Source: Rhodospirillales bacterium
GTDB taxonomy: Bacteria; Pseudomonadota; Alphaproteobacteria; Acetobacterales; Acetobacteraceae
DNA: 49,331 nt
Reading direction: 5' to 3'
NCBI GenBank assembly: GCA_031428635.1
Contig: JANPPS010000270.1
Location: 1-49,331, forward strand
The translations under genes and the position numbers were made by a program. Numbering within the stretch: position 1 is the first letter of the stretch; the number at the start of each line of letters is the position of its first letter. Under the pieces are notes generated by a model that was not told the DNA's origin, searched no databases, and saw only the letters and a list, made by a program, of their open reading frames with translations. Positions 19,451 to 27,366 of this stretch are shown in pieces.

Positions 19451-19654
19451 TCAGTGCCCGACGCCAAACAGCGCGCGCACGCCAACACCGATCACTTGGT
19501 CGGCCACAAAGAAAAACAGCGCCGCCAGTGCCGACAGCGCGAACACGAGGCCGGTCGTGACCAGCGTCTCCTTGCGCGACGGCCAGGTGACCTTCGTCAC
19601 CTCCAGCCGCACGTCCCGCAGGAACTTGATCGGATGCACTGCACTCAACGCCAT
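19451..19654 (-). CDS. secE: Preprotein translocase subunit SecE
   Basis: 67 aa from ATG 19654 (...FLRDVRLEVTKVTWPSRKET + single TM helix). Canonical position between tRNA-Trp and nusG. Confidence 0.9.
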   Translation of the reverse strand: MALSAVHPIKFLRDVRLEVTKVTWPSRKETLVTTGLVFALSALAALFFFVADQVIGVGVRALFGVGH

Positions 19655-19718
19655 CGACCCACCCCGTAAACATCCTGCATTATGCCCAACTGGCACAATC
19701 CAACTGACACAATCCAAC

Positions 19719-19795
19719 TGGCAGGGGCGGAGGGGGTCGAACCCACAACCTCCGGTTTTGGAGACCGGCACTCTAGCCAATTGAGCTACGCCCCT
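19719..19795 (-). tRNA. trnW: tRNA-Trp (anticodon CCA)
   Basis: The reverse complement reads AGGGGCGTAGCTCAATTGGCTAGAGTGCCGGTCTCCAAAACCGGAGGTTGTGGGTTCGACCCCCTCCGCCCCTGCCA. It folds as a cloverleaf with anticodon loop CUCCAAA, 3' CCA is encoded, and it is near-identical in layout to E. coli tRNA-Trp. Confidence 0.95.
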
Positions 19796-19915
19796 GCATT
19801 GGGCTGTGCAGGGGGCGTAGAAACGGGGAAGCAACACATCTGTCAAGCCACGCAGCCCAGCCGTCCCACCGGCGGGCTGGCCGGAGAGGGCCGGATTGGG
19901 CCATAAGGCGGTAAT

Positions 19916-20968
19916 ATGAAGGACTTCGACCCCGATCCAGACGCTGCGCCCCGAACGCGCCTGGCCCCGCCACAACGCCCCGCCCTGCTGCGCCGGCGTC
20001 GAATTGCGGTGGGCGTGTCTGTGCTGGTGCACATGGCGGCCATCGCCCTGTTACTGTTTGCGCTTCCGTCTCCACCTGTCGATCTATCGGCCGAGCCGTC
20101 GATCGACGTCGTGTATGAGGACGCCACGTCCGCGGCCCCGTCGACCAGCCCCGCGACCGACACGGACCGCCCAGCCGCCGAACAGGCACCCGCGCGCCCG
20201 GCCCCGCCAGAGACGGTACCCACGCCCGTCCCGGTCAAGCCACCCGCACCCGATGTGCAGCCCGTGCCAACCCCGCCGGAGGTCACGCCACCGACTGCCG
20301 CACCAACCCCGCCCGACCTGGCGCCGCTCGACCCGACGCCGCCCCCTCCGGAGCCCGTCACGCCCTCTGTCCCTGTTGTGCGGTTAGAGGCGCCGCCCAC
20401 GTCCGAGCCCGCACCGGCAGTGCCCGAATTCCGGCCACCCGCGGCGCCGCCGCCGTTACCGCGCCCGCCGCCGCCGCCGCCGCCGCCGCGAGTGGCCCAA
20501 CGCCCACGGATTGCGCCGGGCTTCTCACCGCCGATCGACCTCAGCTACGGCCCCGCCCCTACCGCCCCACCATCGCGTCCGTTGGCGGGACCGGGTTCGC
20601 GCGCGATCGACCTAGCGCTGGGCGCACCAAAGCCCGGCCCGAACCGCCAGGAGGCATTTTATGACGCGCGGGCCAAGAAGATCGGGGCCGATTGGGCCAA
20701 TGGTCTTTCGGCCTGGTGGCTCGCCCACCGCTACTACCCGCGCCAAGCCGCCGAGAATGGAGATGACGGTACAGTCAAGGTCGAGCTGACCGTCAACCGG
20801 TCGGGCAAGGTCGAGAGCGTGAACGTCATGAGCCGGTCCGGATCCCCGTTCCTCGACATGGCAGCATTAAGCGTCTGGCGTGGCGCTCAGTTGGCGCCGT
20901 TCCCCGCGGAAAATACCAAGGAGCGAGAGACGATGGAGATCACGATCAACTACCTGCTGATCCGCTGA
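19916..20968 (+). CDS. TonB-like energy transducer
   Basis: N-terminal TM anchor (VSVLVHMAAIALLLFAL), a long Pro-rich spacer, and a C-terminal TonB_C-type domain (YYPRQAAENGDDGTVKVELTVNRSGKVESVNV). Confidence 0.8.
   Translation: MKDFDPDPDAAPRTRLAPPQRPALLRRRRIAVGVSVLVHMAAIALLLFALPSPPVDLSAEPSIDVVYEDATSAAPSTSPATDTDRPAAEQAPARPAPPETVPTPVPVKPPAPDVQPVPTPPEVTPPTAAPTPPDLAPLDPTPPPPEPVTPSVPVVRLEAPPTSEPAPAVPEFRPPAAPPPLPRPPPPPPPPRVAQRPRIAPGFSPPIDLSYGPAPTAPPSRPLAGPGSRAIDLALGAPKPGPNRQEAFYDARAKKIGADWANGLSAWWLAHRYYPRQAAENGDDGTVKVELTVNRSGKVESVNVMSRSGSPFLDMAALSVWRGAQLAPFPAENTKERETMEITINYLLIR
20467..20487 (+). repeat. (GCC)7 trinucleotide tract inside the TonB-like Pro-rich spacer
   Basis: Read directly: gcc x7, translated as a poly-Pro run (PPPPPPPP) in the TonB frame. 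Confidence 0.9.
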
Positions 20969-21782
20969 CGCTCTCTGCCTCCGCCCGCAAACGCACGAAG
21001 CTGCGCCGGCTGAACGGCAGCATGACCAAGTAGATCACTCCCGCCGCCGCCATCGCCGCCCACGGATCGGCGACCAATAATGCCGCGAAGGCACTGACGC
21101 CCAGCAGTAACGGCAGCACAAGCTGCTTTGGTACCTTGAAGTTCTTGAAGCTCCAGACAGGCAACGTGGACACAAGCAGCAGCGCCGTCCCCGTCAGCAC
21201 GGCCGCGCAGAACAGCGGGTTACGCGCAATCGCAACCAGCCACGGTAGGCCGAGGTCCTGACCCTCAAGCCCCAGGAACAGTGGAAACAGCGCGAGGCCC
21301 GCACCCGCCGGGGCCGGCACGCCGGTGAAGAAGCTATAAGCATAGGCGTGGGCAATCGCTGGTGGCTGATCGAGACTGGCGTTGAACCGCGCCAGCCGCA
21401 GCGCCATACACACCGCAAACAGCAGGCAGGGCATGAACCCATAGCCGCCGCCGGCCTGCAGCGACCATAAATACAGCACCAGCGCGGGTGCGACGCCAAA
21501 CGCGCAGAAATCCGTCAGGCTATCGAACTCCGCCCCGAACCTGGACGTGGCACGCAGCAGCCGAGCCAGGCGACCATCCAGCCCATCGATACACGCGGCC
21601 ACCGTAATCGCCGCCGCCGCCGCCCCGAACCGACCCTCGAGCCCATAGCGCATCGAGGTGAGGCCAGCGCAAAGGCCCAACAGCGTCATAATATTCGGAA
21701 TCATGCGGTTGAACGACGGTCCCACGTATCGGGGCCGCCGCCGCGGCCGAAACCGCGTTTTCAGGCGCGCAACTGTAGTCAC
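20946..21782 (-). CDS. pssA: CDP-diacylglycerol--serine O-phosphatidyltransferase
   Basis: CDP-alcohol phosphatidyltransferase motif DGLDGRLARLLRATSRFGAEFDSLTD, a multi-TM profile, and a 4-nt overlap with the upstream psd. Confidence 0.85.
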   Translation of the reverse strand: MTTVARLKTRFRPRRRPRYVGPSFNRMIPNIMTLLGLCAGLTSMRYGLEGRFGAAAAAITVAACIDGLDGRLARLLRATSRFGAEFDSLTDFCAFGVAPALVLYLWSLQAGGGYGFMPCLLFAVCMALRLARFNASLDQPPAIAHAYAYSFFTGVPAPAGAGLALFPLFLGLEGQDLGLPWLVAIARNPLFCAAVLTGTALLLVSTLPVWSFKNFKVPKQLVLPLLLGVSAFAALLVADPWAAMAAAGVIYLVMLPFSRRSFVRLRAEAESVSGSAGS

Positions 21783-22444
21783 AGTTGCGCCATCACCGTC
21801 TCACCACCCACCATCGTCTGCCCGACCACGACCAGGGGATCGACGCCCGGCGGCAGATACAGGTCGGTACGGCTGCCGAAGCGGATGATGCCGAACCGGG
21901 CGCCGGTACGGACGGCCGCACCCTCGGTCACCTGGCAGACGATGCGGCGCGCGATCAGGCCGGCGATCTGCACGACGGCAATCGCCCGCCCGTCCGTTAA
22001 GCGGATGGCCAAAGCGTTACGCTCGTTCAGCTCGCTCGCCTTGTCGTGGCTGGCGCTGATGAACGCGCCGGGGTGGTAGGCGATACGGGTGACGACCCCG
22101 TCGCCCGGCATGCGGTTCACGTGCACGTCCAGCACCGACAGGAACGTGGCCACGCGCCAAACAGGCGCCGAGCCAAGCCCTAGTTCCTCGGGCGGGGCGA
22201 CCTGCTGCACCGACACGATGTGCCCGTCGGCGGGTGCCACCAGCACGCCGGGCCGGGTCGGGGCCACCCGCTCCGGATCGCGGAAAAAGTAAAAGCAGAA
22301 CAGCATCAGCAGCGCTGCCAGGCCCGCGAGCCAGCCGGCGACAAACAGGCAAACGATGGTAAGGACCGCAGCACCCAAGATAAATGGGCGACCGGCGGGA
22401 TGGGGAGGCGGGAACGCAGCCCGTAATGTCTGGACGAGGGTCAT
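21779..22444 (-). CDS. psd: Phosphatidylserine decarboxylase proenzyme (short type)
   Basis: 221 aa with an N-terminal TM segment and an FGSRTD self-cleavage-site region near the C-terminus. Paired with pssA. Confidence 0.85.
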   Translation of the reverse strand: MTLVQTLRAAFPPPHPAGRPFILGAAVLTIVCLFVAGWLAGLAALLMLFCFYFFRDPERVAPTRPGVLVAPADGHIVSVQQVAPPEELGLGSAPVWRVATFLSVLDVHVNRMPGDGVVTRIAYHPGAFISASHDKASELNERNALAIRLTDGRAIAVVQIAGLIARRIVCQVTEGAAVRTGARFGIIRFGSRTDLYLPPGVDPLVVVGQTMVGGETVMAQL

Positions 22445-22450
22445 GGAGGC

Positions 22451-23533
22451 CTACTGAATGGGCAGCGCGAACGCCTGCCCGGGATAAATCAGGTTCGGAT
22501 CACGAATTTGACCCTGGTTGGCAGTATAGATGACGGTATAGCGAGTGCCCTCGCCATACGCCGTCCGCGCCAGCCGCCACAGCGTCTGACCCGGCTGTAC
22601 CACGATTTGCGTCACGGTGGCCGGGCCCGCGATGGGCTGACCGACGGCGGTCGTGGTCCCATCGGCCATAACGACGCGCACTGGCACCTGATCGCGCTGA
22701 AACGGCAATTCGATCCGGGCCATGACGCCGGCAGTGCCGAGTTGATCTAACCGTAGCGTGTGGACACCCTGGCTGACCGGCGTTGTGGGGGTGAGCGCCC
22801 ACTGGCCGGTGCTGTTGACGACCGTCGTACCCGCTGGAGAGTTGTCGATATACAGGCGTAGGCTGGTACCGGGCGGGGCGACGCCCGAGAACCGGATCGC
22901 GCCATGGTCGTCATAGTCCACGGTTTGTAATGCCAGCGAAGCCGGGGCGGACCCCTGCAACAAGCGAACCGGACCCTTGGCCGGCACGGCCAGCGCCATC
23001 ACCGGCTCGCTCACGGTGGCCGTGATCGCCGTGACCGGCCGGGGCGGGACGATGACGACCAGGGTTTCAGCCCCCGCTACGTCCTGCCCGCCCGGCGTGC
23101 GGGAAGCGAGCGTCAGTGAACGCCCGCCAGGTTCGATCGCGGCATTGGGGACGAGCACCCACTCACCCCGGCTATCGGCGGTGGACTGACCGAGTAGGGC
23201 GGCACCGTCGTGAATGAACACCTGCGCCCCCGGCTCCGCACGGCCGGCCAAAACAGCACTTCCGGACGGACCGACCCGGACGACGTCGAAGCTGGGCGCC
23301 ACGGAGCTGGAGGCAGCGGAGGTGGGCGGTTGCGGGCTGGTTGGCCCAGTGCTGACCACGGCGGGGCCGACAGGGGCCGCCGCCAATGCCGAATCGCCGG
23401 CCGGTACCGATCCACGCGCCACTAACCCGGCTGGTACAATGGTGCTGGCGCTTCCCCGATACCGCAGCGCGACGAATCCGCCGACAAGCGCCACCACCAA
23501 AAGGCAGACCGTTGGGATGGGCCCTACTTTCAT
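22451..23533 (-). CDS. Membrane-anchored/secreted LysM peptidoglycan-binding protein with two Ig-like repeats
   Basis: N-terminal hydrophobic anchor. Two similar modules: GAQVFIHDGAALLGQSTADSRGEWVLVP...GGRSLTL and GTSLRLYIDNSPAGTTVVNSTGQWALTP...GVHTLRL. C-terminal LysM (VVQPGQTLWRLARTAYGEGTRYTVIYTANQGQIRDPNLIYPGQAFALP). Confidence 0.75.
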   Translation of the reverse strand: MKVGPIPTVCLLVVALVGGFVALRYRGSASTIVPAGLVARGSVPAGDSALAAAPVGPAVVSTGPTSPQPPTSAASSSVAPSFDVVRVGPSGSAVLAGRAEPGAQVFIHDGAALLGQSTADSRGEWVLVPNAAIEPGGRSLTLASRTPGGQDVAGAETLVVIVPPRPVTAITATVSEPVMALAVPAKGPVRLLQGSAPASLALQTVDYDDHGAIRFSGVAPPGTSLRLYIDNSPAGTTVVNSTGQWALTPTTPVSQGVHTLRLDQLGTAGVMARIELPFQRDQVPVRVVMADGTTTAVGQPIAGPATVTQIVVQPGQTLWRLARTAYGEGTRYTVIYTANQGQIRDPNLIYPGQAFALPIQ

Positions 23534-23657
23534 GCAAAGAACGTAGCGTCGGGATCACAATTCCGCAACGTGGCCGCTGCGACTGGATCACGCCGGACGG
23601 CGCCATTACACCGGTTTCAGCCCCACGCTACACAGCGACCGTACCGGAGACGTCGTC

Positions 23658-24368
23658 ATGGCCCAACCCACCCGCATCGCCCGGCCGATCGGCCCCGCCA
23701 AGCCGCGCATACCTAACCTGCTGATGCGCGTATGGGACGTTCCGACCCGGCTGTTCCTGTGGGCCGTCTTGCTGCTGATCGCGTTCAGCTACGTCTCGGT
23801 AAAGTTTGAGTGGGTGCAGCTCCACTTCCTTTCCGGTTATGCGGTGCTGACATTATTGCTGTTTCGCATTCTATGGGGCGTCGTCGGTAGTGAGACGTCG
23901 CGATTTTCCCATTTCATGCGCAGCCCGATCGCCGTACTGCGCCAGTTATGGGCGTTCACCGGCCCACGCACCCCGGACACCGCGATCGGGCACAGCGCCG
24001 CCGGGGGCTGGATGATGTTATTCTTATTGGCGATTTTACTGTTTGAGGTCGCGACCGGTCTGTTCGCGGGGGAGAAGGCGGGGCCGCTCGGGCCGCTCAG
24101 CTACCACCTCGACATCGCCGGCGGGCTATGGGCTGCTGCGGCGCACAGGGTGTCGTTTAACATCATCGTGGGTTTAGTCGCGCTGAATGCCGTGATCATC
24201 GGTCTGTATGCGGTCTTGAAACGGCAAAACGTCGTGTGGCCGCTGATCATTGGGCGAAAGCGCCTGCCGGCCACGATACGTCAGCCGCGCTTTGCGTCAC
24301 CGATACTCGCGGTGGCGATCCTGGTTGGGTCGGCTGTGTGCGTTTGGGCGCTGGTGCGGTTCGGATAG
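23658..24368 (+). CDS. Cytochrome b561 / Ni-Fe-hydrogenase-type b cytochrome family membrane protein
   Basis: RVWDVPTRLFLWAVLLLIAFSYVS and subsequent TM helices with conserved His positions, resembling PF01292-type proteins. An alternative start is at ATG 23724. Confidence 0.6.
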   Translation: MAQPTRIARPIGPAKPRIPNLLMRVWDVPTRLFLWAVLLLIAFSYVSVKFEWVQLHFLSGYAVLTLLLFRILWGVVGSETSRFSHFMRSPIAVLRQLWAFTGPRTPDTAIGHSAAGGWMMLFLLAILLFEVATGLFAGEKAGPLGPLSYHLDIAGGLWAAAAHRVSFNIIVGLVALNAVIIGLYAVLKRQNVVWPLIIGRKRLPATIRQPRFASPILAVAILVGSAVCVWALVRFG

Positions 24369-27362
24369 GTGGGAACTCTCGCCACGGGCGGACGCTCTGT
24401 GCCCAACGATAGATTGGGCGGGTCGATGACAGAGATGCAACACCCCCGCCGGTTGCGAATGGTATGGGCCGGGGCGGATGCGGACGTGGCCGGGCTGGCC
24501 GGGTCTGCCGACTGGCTATTGCGCGCCGGCTATGAGGGGACAGTGCCGGCGGGCATGAAGACAATGGTCGACTTCGATCTCGCCCAAACCGCCGTACGCG
24601 TTGGCCTACCGGAGGTTTTTACGGCATTGCCCGCGCCGTCGATCGATCCGCGTCATGGGCCGGCTTCGTCCGGTATAGCACTCGCGTTACTCGGTACCGA
24701 CGCCGACGCCGACCGGCTTGCGATATGGGCCGGGCAGCAGATCGCGGCGCTACCGGCGGGCGGCGTACGCCTGTTGGGGCTGGACCAACTGCCGGCGTCG
24801 CTGCTCGGCCGTGTGTTGACCGGATTACGGCGGGCGGCCCCCGACACGCTGCTGTTCGGTTGGTTGGCCGGGCTTTCCGCGTCGGCGCGGGATGGAATTC
24901 CGCCTGGGACGCTGGACGCGGTTTCGTCGTCGTTGCCCTGGTGGGATGGCCACGCCGCCTGGATCTGGGCGGAGCTGACAGCGCTGGAGCGGATCGCCCC
25001 GGTCGTTTTGCCAGCGGCTTCTGCGGCGGACGATCAGCCACGTTGGCTGCACCTGGCGGCGACGCTGGGCGATGGCTGGCTAGTGCCGGCTGGATCTGCG
25101 GCAGGACTGCCCGACACCGCGGCCCGCGGCTCGCGGCACGTGCTCTCTGCGCCGGGCGCCCCCATTTTGGCCGTGTTGCGCACCGACACGCCCGACATGC
25201 GGCAGGCATGCACCGCAACGCTCGCCTTGAGCGCCGACCAGGCCGCGGCCGTACCAGCGGCTACCCTGCTGGCCGCGATGGGTCGGCCGTTCACACCATT
25301 TCATACCGCTGAGGGCACGGCGCTGGACGGATTGACGCTCGCCGCCGGCCAGGGTGCGATCCTGCGTGCCGAGGCCATCGTCACGGACCGGCCCGCGCCC
25401 CTGCTGGCCCACGCCGCCCGTGCCGCCGGGTCGGCCGCCCGTTTGGCGCTGGAGGCACCGTCCCCCACCGTCGACGCTGGCCGCTTCCCTGCCCGGCGCG
25501 TAGTTGGCGAGGACGTACCGGTCACAGCCGACCTCATCGGTGACGGGCACGACAAATTCGCCGGTATCCTGCGGTGGACGGCTCCCCATGACGAGACAGT
25601 GCACGAAACGCCGCTTGCCCTGCTCGGCAATGATCGCTGGGGTGCCACTCTGCCGCTGCGGACGTTGGGCGTGCACATTTTCACCCTGCTCGCCTGGCGG
25701 GATGAGTTCGCGACCTACGCCGACGGCCTGCTCAAGAAGTCCAACGCCGGCGTTTCGATCACGCTGGAGCTGCAGGAGGGCGTGGCGCTGGTCGACCATG
25801 TCGCGCACGCTGCCGACCGCGCGCACCGCCCGGCGCTGACCGCGCTACAGACTGCCTTGCAGCGTCTCGACGCTGGGGCGCAGCTCGATCTACTGCTTTC
25901 GGTCGAAACCGCCGACCTGATGCGCGCCGCCGATCCGCGGGCGTTCAGCACGCAGATCGGCCCCTTCCCGTTGCAGGCCGAGCGTGCCGGCGCTGCCTAT
26001 GCCGCGTGGTATGAGGTGTTCCCCCGCTCGCTAAGCGACGACCCGGCGCGCCACGGGACCTTCCGCGACGTTATTCTTCAATTGCCGCGTATCCAGGCGA
26101 TGGGCTTCGACGTGCTGTACTTCCCGCCCGTTCACCCGATCGGCACCCGCAACCGCAAGGGCCGCAATAATACGCTGACGCCAGCGGCTGATGACCCAGG
26201 TAGCCCGTACGCGATCGGCGCCGCGGATGGCGGGCACGACGCTCTGCACGCGGAGCTCGGCACGTTCGAAGACTTTCAGGCGCTACGCCAGGCTGCGGCC
26301 GAGCACGGATTGGAACTGGCACTCGACTTTGCCATCCAATGCTCGCCCGATCACCCGTGGCTGAAGCAGCATCCGGATTGGTTTACTTGGCGCCCGGACG
26401 GCACGATCCGTTACGCCGAGAATCCGCCCAAGAGATATGAAGACATCGTCAACGTCGATTTCTATGCCAAGGGCGCCGTGCCGGGCTTGTGGCTGGAGCT
26501 ATGCCGGGTCGTGCTGTTCTGGGCCGAACAGGGCGTGCGGCTGTTTCGCGTCGACAACCCGCATACCAAGCCGCTGCCGTTCTGGGAGTGGATGATCGCC
26601 GAAGTGCAGGCGCGCTACCCGGACACGGTGTTTCTGGCCGAGGCATTCACCCGGCCCAAGCTGATGTACCGGCTGGCCAAGATCGGCTTCAGCCAATCCT
26701 ACACGTACTTTACGTGGCGCGAGCAGAAATGGGAGTTCGAACAGTATCTGACCGAGCTTACCTCTGGTCCGCCAGCCGAGTTCTTCCGTCCGCATTTTTT
26801 CGTCAACACGCCCGACATCAACCCGGTCTACCTGCAGAATGCCAGCCGGGGCGCGTACCTGGCCCGCGCCGTACTCGCCGCCACGCTGTCCGGCCTGTGG
26901 GGGGTCTATAATGGGTTCGAACTGTGCGAGGGCGCGCCGGTACCGGGCAAGGAAGAATACCTCGATAGCGAGAAGTACCAGCTGCGCGCCTGGGATTGGG
27001 ATCGTCCGGGCAACATCGTGGCCGAAATTACACAGCTGAACGCCGTCCGCCGCGATAACCCGGCGCTGCACACCCATTTGGGCGTGCGCTTTCTACGCTC
27101 GGGCAACGACGCCGTGATGGTGTTCGAAAAGGCGACGCCCGACCGCAGCAACGTGGTCTGGGTCGCGATCAGCCTGGATGTGCGTGGGCCGCAGACGGCG
27201 GATGTCGAGCTACCGTTCTGGCGGTATGCGCCCGAGCCGGCAACGCTCGCCGCGACCGACCTGCTGACGGACGCGACCTGGACCCAGCGCGACCGCACGG
27301 TCTCACTCACTCTAACGCCGGACCGGCCTTACGCCGTCTGGCGCCTCATGCCGGAGTTGTAA
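24369..27362 (+). CDS. glgE: Alpha-1,4-glucan:maltose-1-phosphate maltosyltransferase with ~360-aa N-terminal extension
   Basis: The C-terminal ~630 aa carry GlgE signatures (VDAGRFPARRVVGE...DGHDKFAG, YEVFPRS, FRVDNPHTKP, FRPHFFVNTPD). The start is uncertain: GTG 24369, ATG 24426, or ATG 25278 for a canonical-length protein. Confidence 0.85.
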   Translation: MGTLATGGRSVPNDRLGGSMTEMQHPRRLRMVWAGADADVAGLAGSADWLLRAGYEGTVPAGMKTMVDFDLAQTAVRVGLPEVFTALPAPSIDPRHGPASSGIALALLGTDADADRLAIWAGQQIAALPAGGVRLLGLDQLPASLLGRVLTGLRRAAPDTLLFGWLAGLSASARDGIPPGTLDAVSSSLPWWDGHAAWIWAELTALERIAPVVLPAASAADDQPRWLHLAATLGDGWLVPAGSAAGLPDTAARGSRHVLSAPGAPILAVLRTDTPDMRQACTATLALSADQAAAVPAATLLAAMGRPFTPFHTAEGTALDGLTLAAGQGAILRAEAIVTDRPAPLLAHAARAAGSAARLALEAPSPTVDAGRFPARRVVGEDVPVTADLIGDGHDKFAGILRWTAPHDETVHETPLALLGNDRWGATLPLRTLGVHIFTLLAWRDEFATYADGLLKKSNAGVSITLELQEGVALVDHVAHAADRAHRPALTALQTALQRLDAGAQLDLLLSVETADLMRAADPRAFSTQIGPFPLQAERAGAAYAAWYEVFPRSLSDDPARHGTFRDVILQLPRIQAMGFDVLYFPPVHPIGTRNRKGRNNTLTPAADDPGSPYAIGAADGGHDALHAELGTFEDFQALRQAAAEHGLELALDFAIQCSPDHPWLKQHPDWFTWRPDGTIRYAENPPKRYEDIVNVDFYAKGAVPGLWLELCRVVLFWAEQGVRLFRVDNPHTKPLPFWEWMIAEVQARYPDTVFLAEAFTRPKLMYRLAKIGFSQSYTYFTWREQKWEFEQYLTELTSGPPAEFFRPHFFVNTPDINPVYLQNASRGAYLARAVLAATLSGLWGVYNGFELCEGAPVPGKEEYLDSEKYQLRAWDWDRPGNIVAEITQLNAVRRDNPALHTHLGVRFLRSGNDAVMVFEKATPDRSNVVWVAISLDVRGPQTADVELPFWRYAPEPATLAATDLLTDATWTQRDRTVSLTLTPDRPYAVWRLMPEL

Positions 27363-27366
27363 GAGT

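Noticed and set aside
19425-19673. Upstream extension of the nusG ORF. The same applies to the 193-aa ORF 19451..20032, which extends secE across the tRNA-Trp gene.
   Set aside because: Canonical NusG (176 aa) and SecE (67 aa) start at internal ATGs. The extensions overlap secE or a tRNA gene and lack any homology pattern.
19843-20400. 185-aa Gly/Ser/Thr-rich minus-strand ORF.
   Set aside because: It is the mirror image of the Pro-rich spacer of the TonB-like gene (CCN codons read as NGG on the other strand). There is no independent evidence for it.
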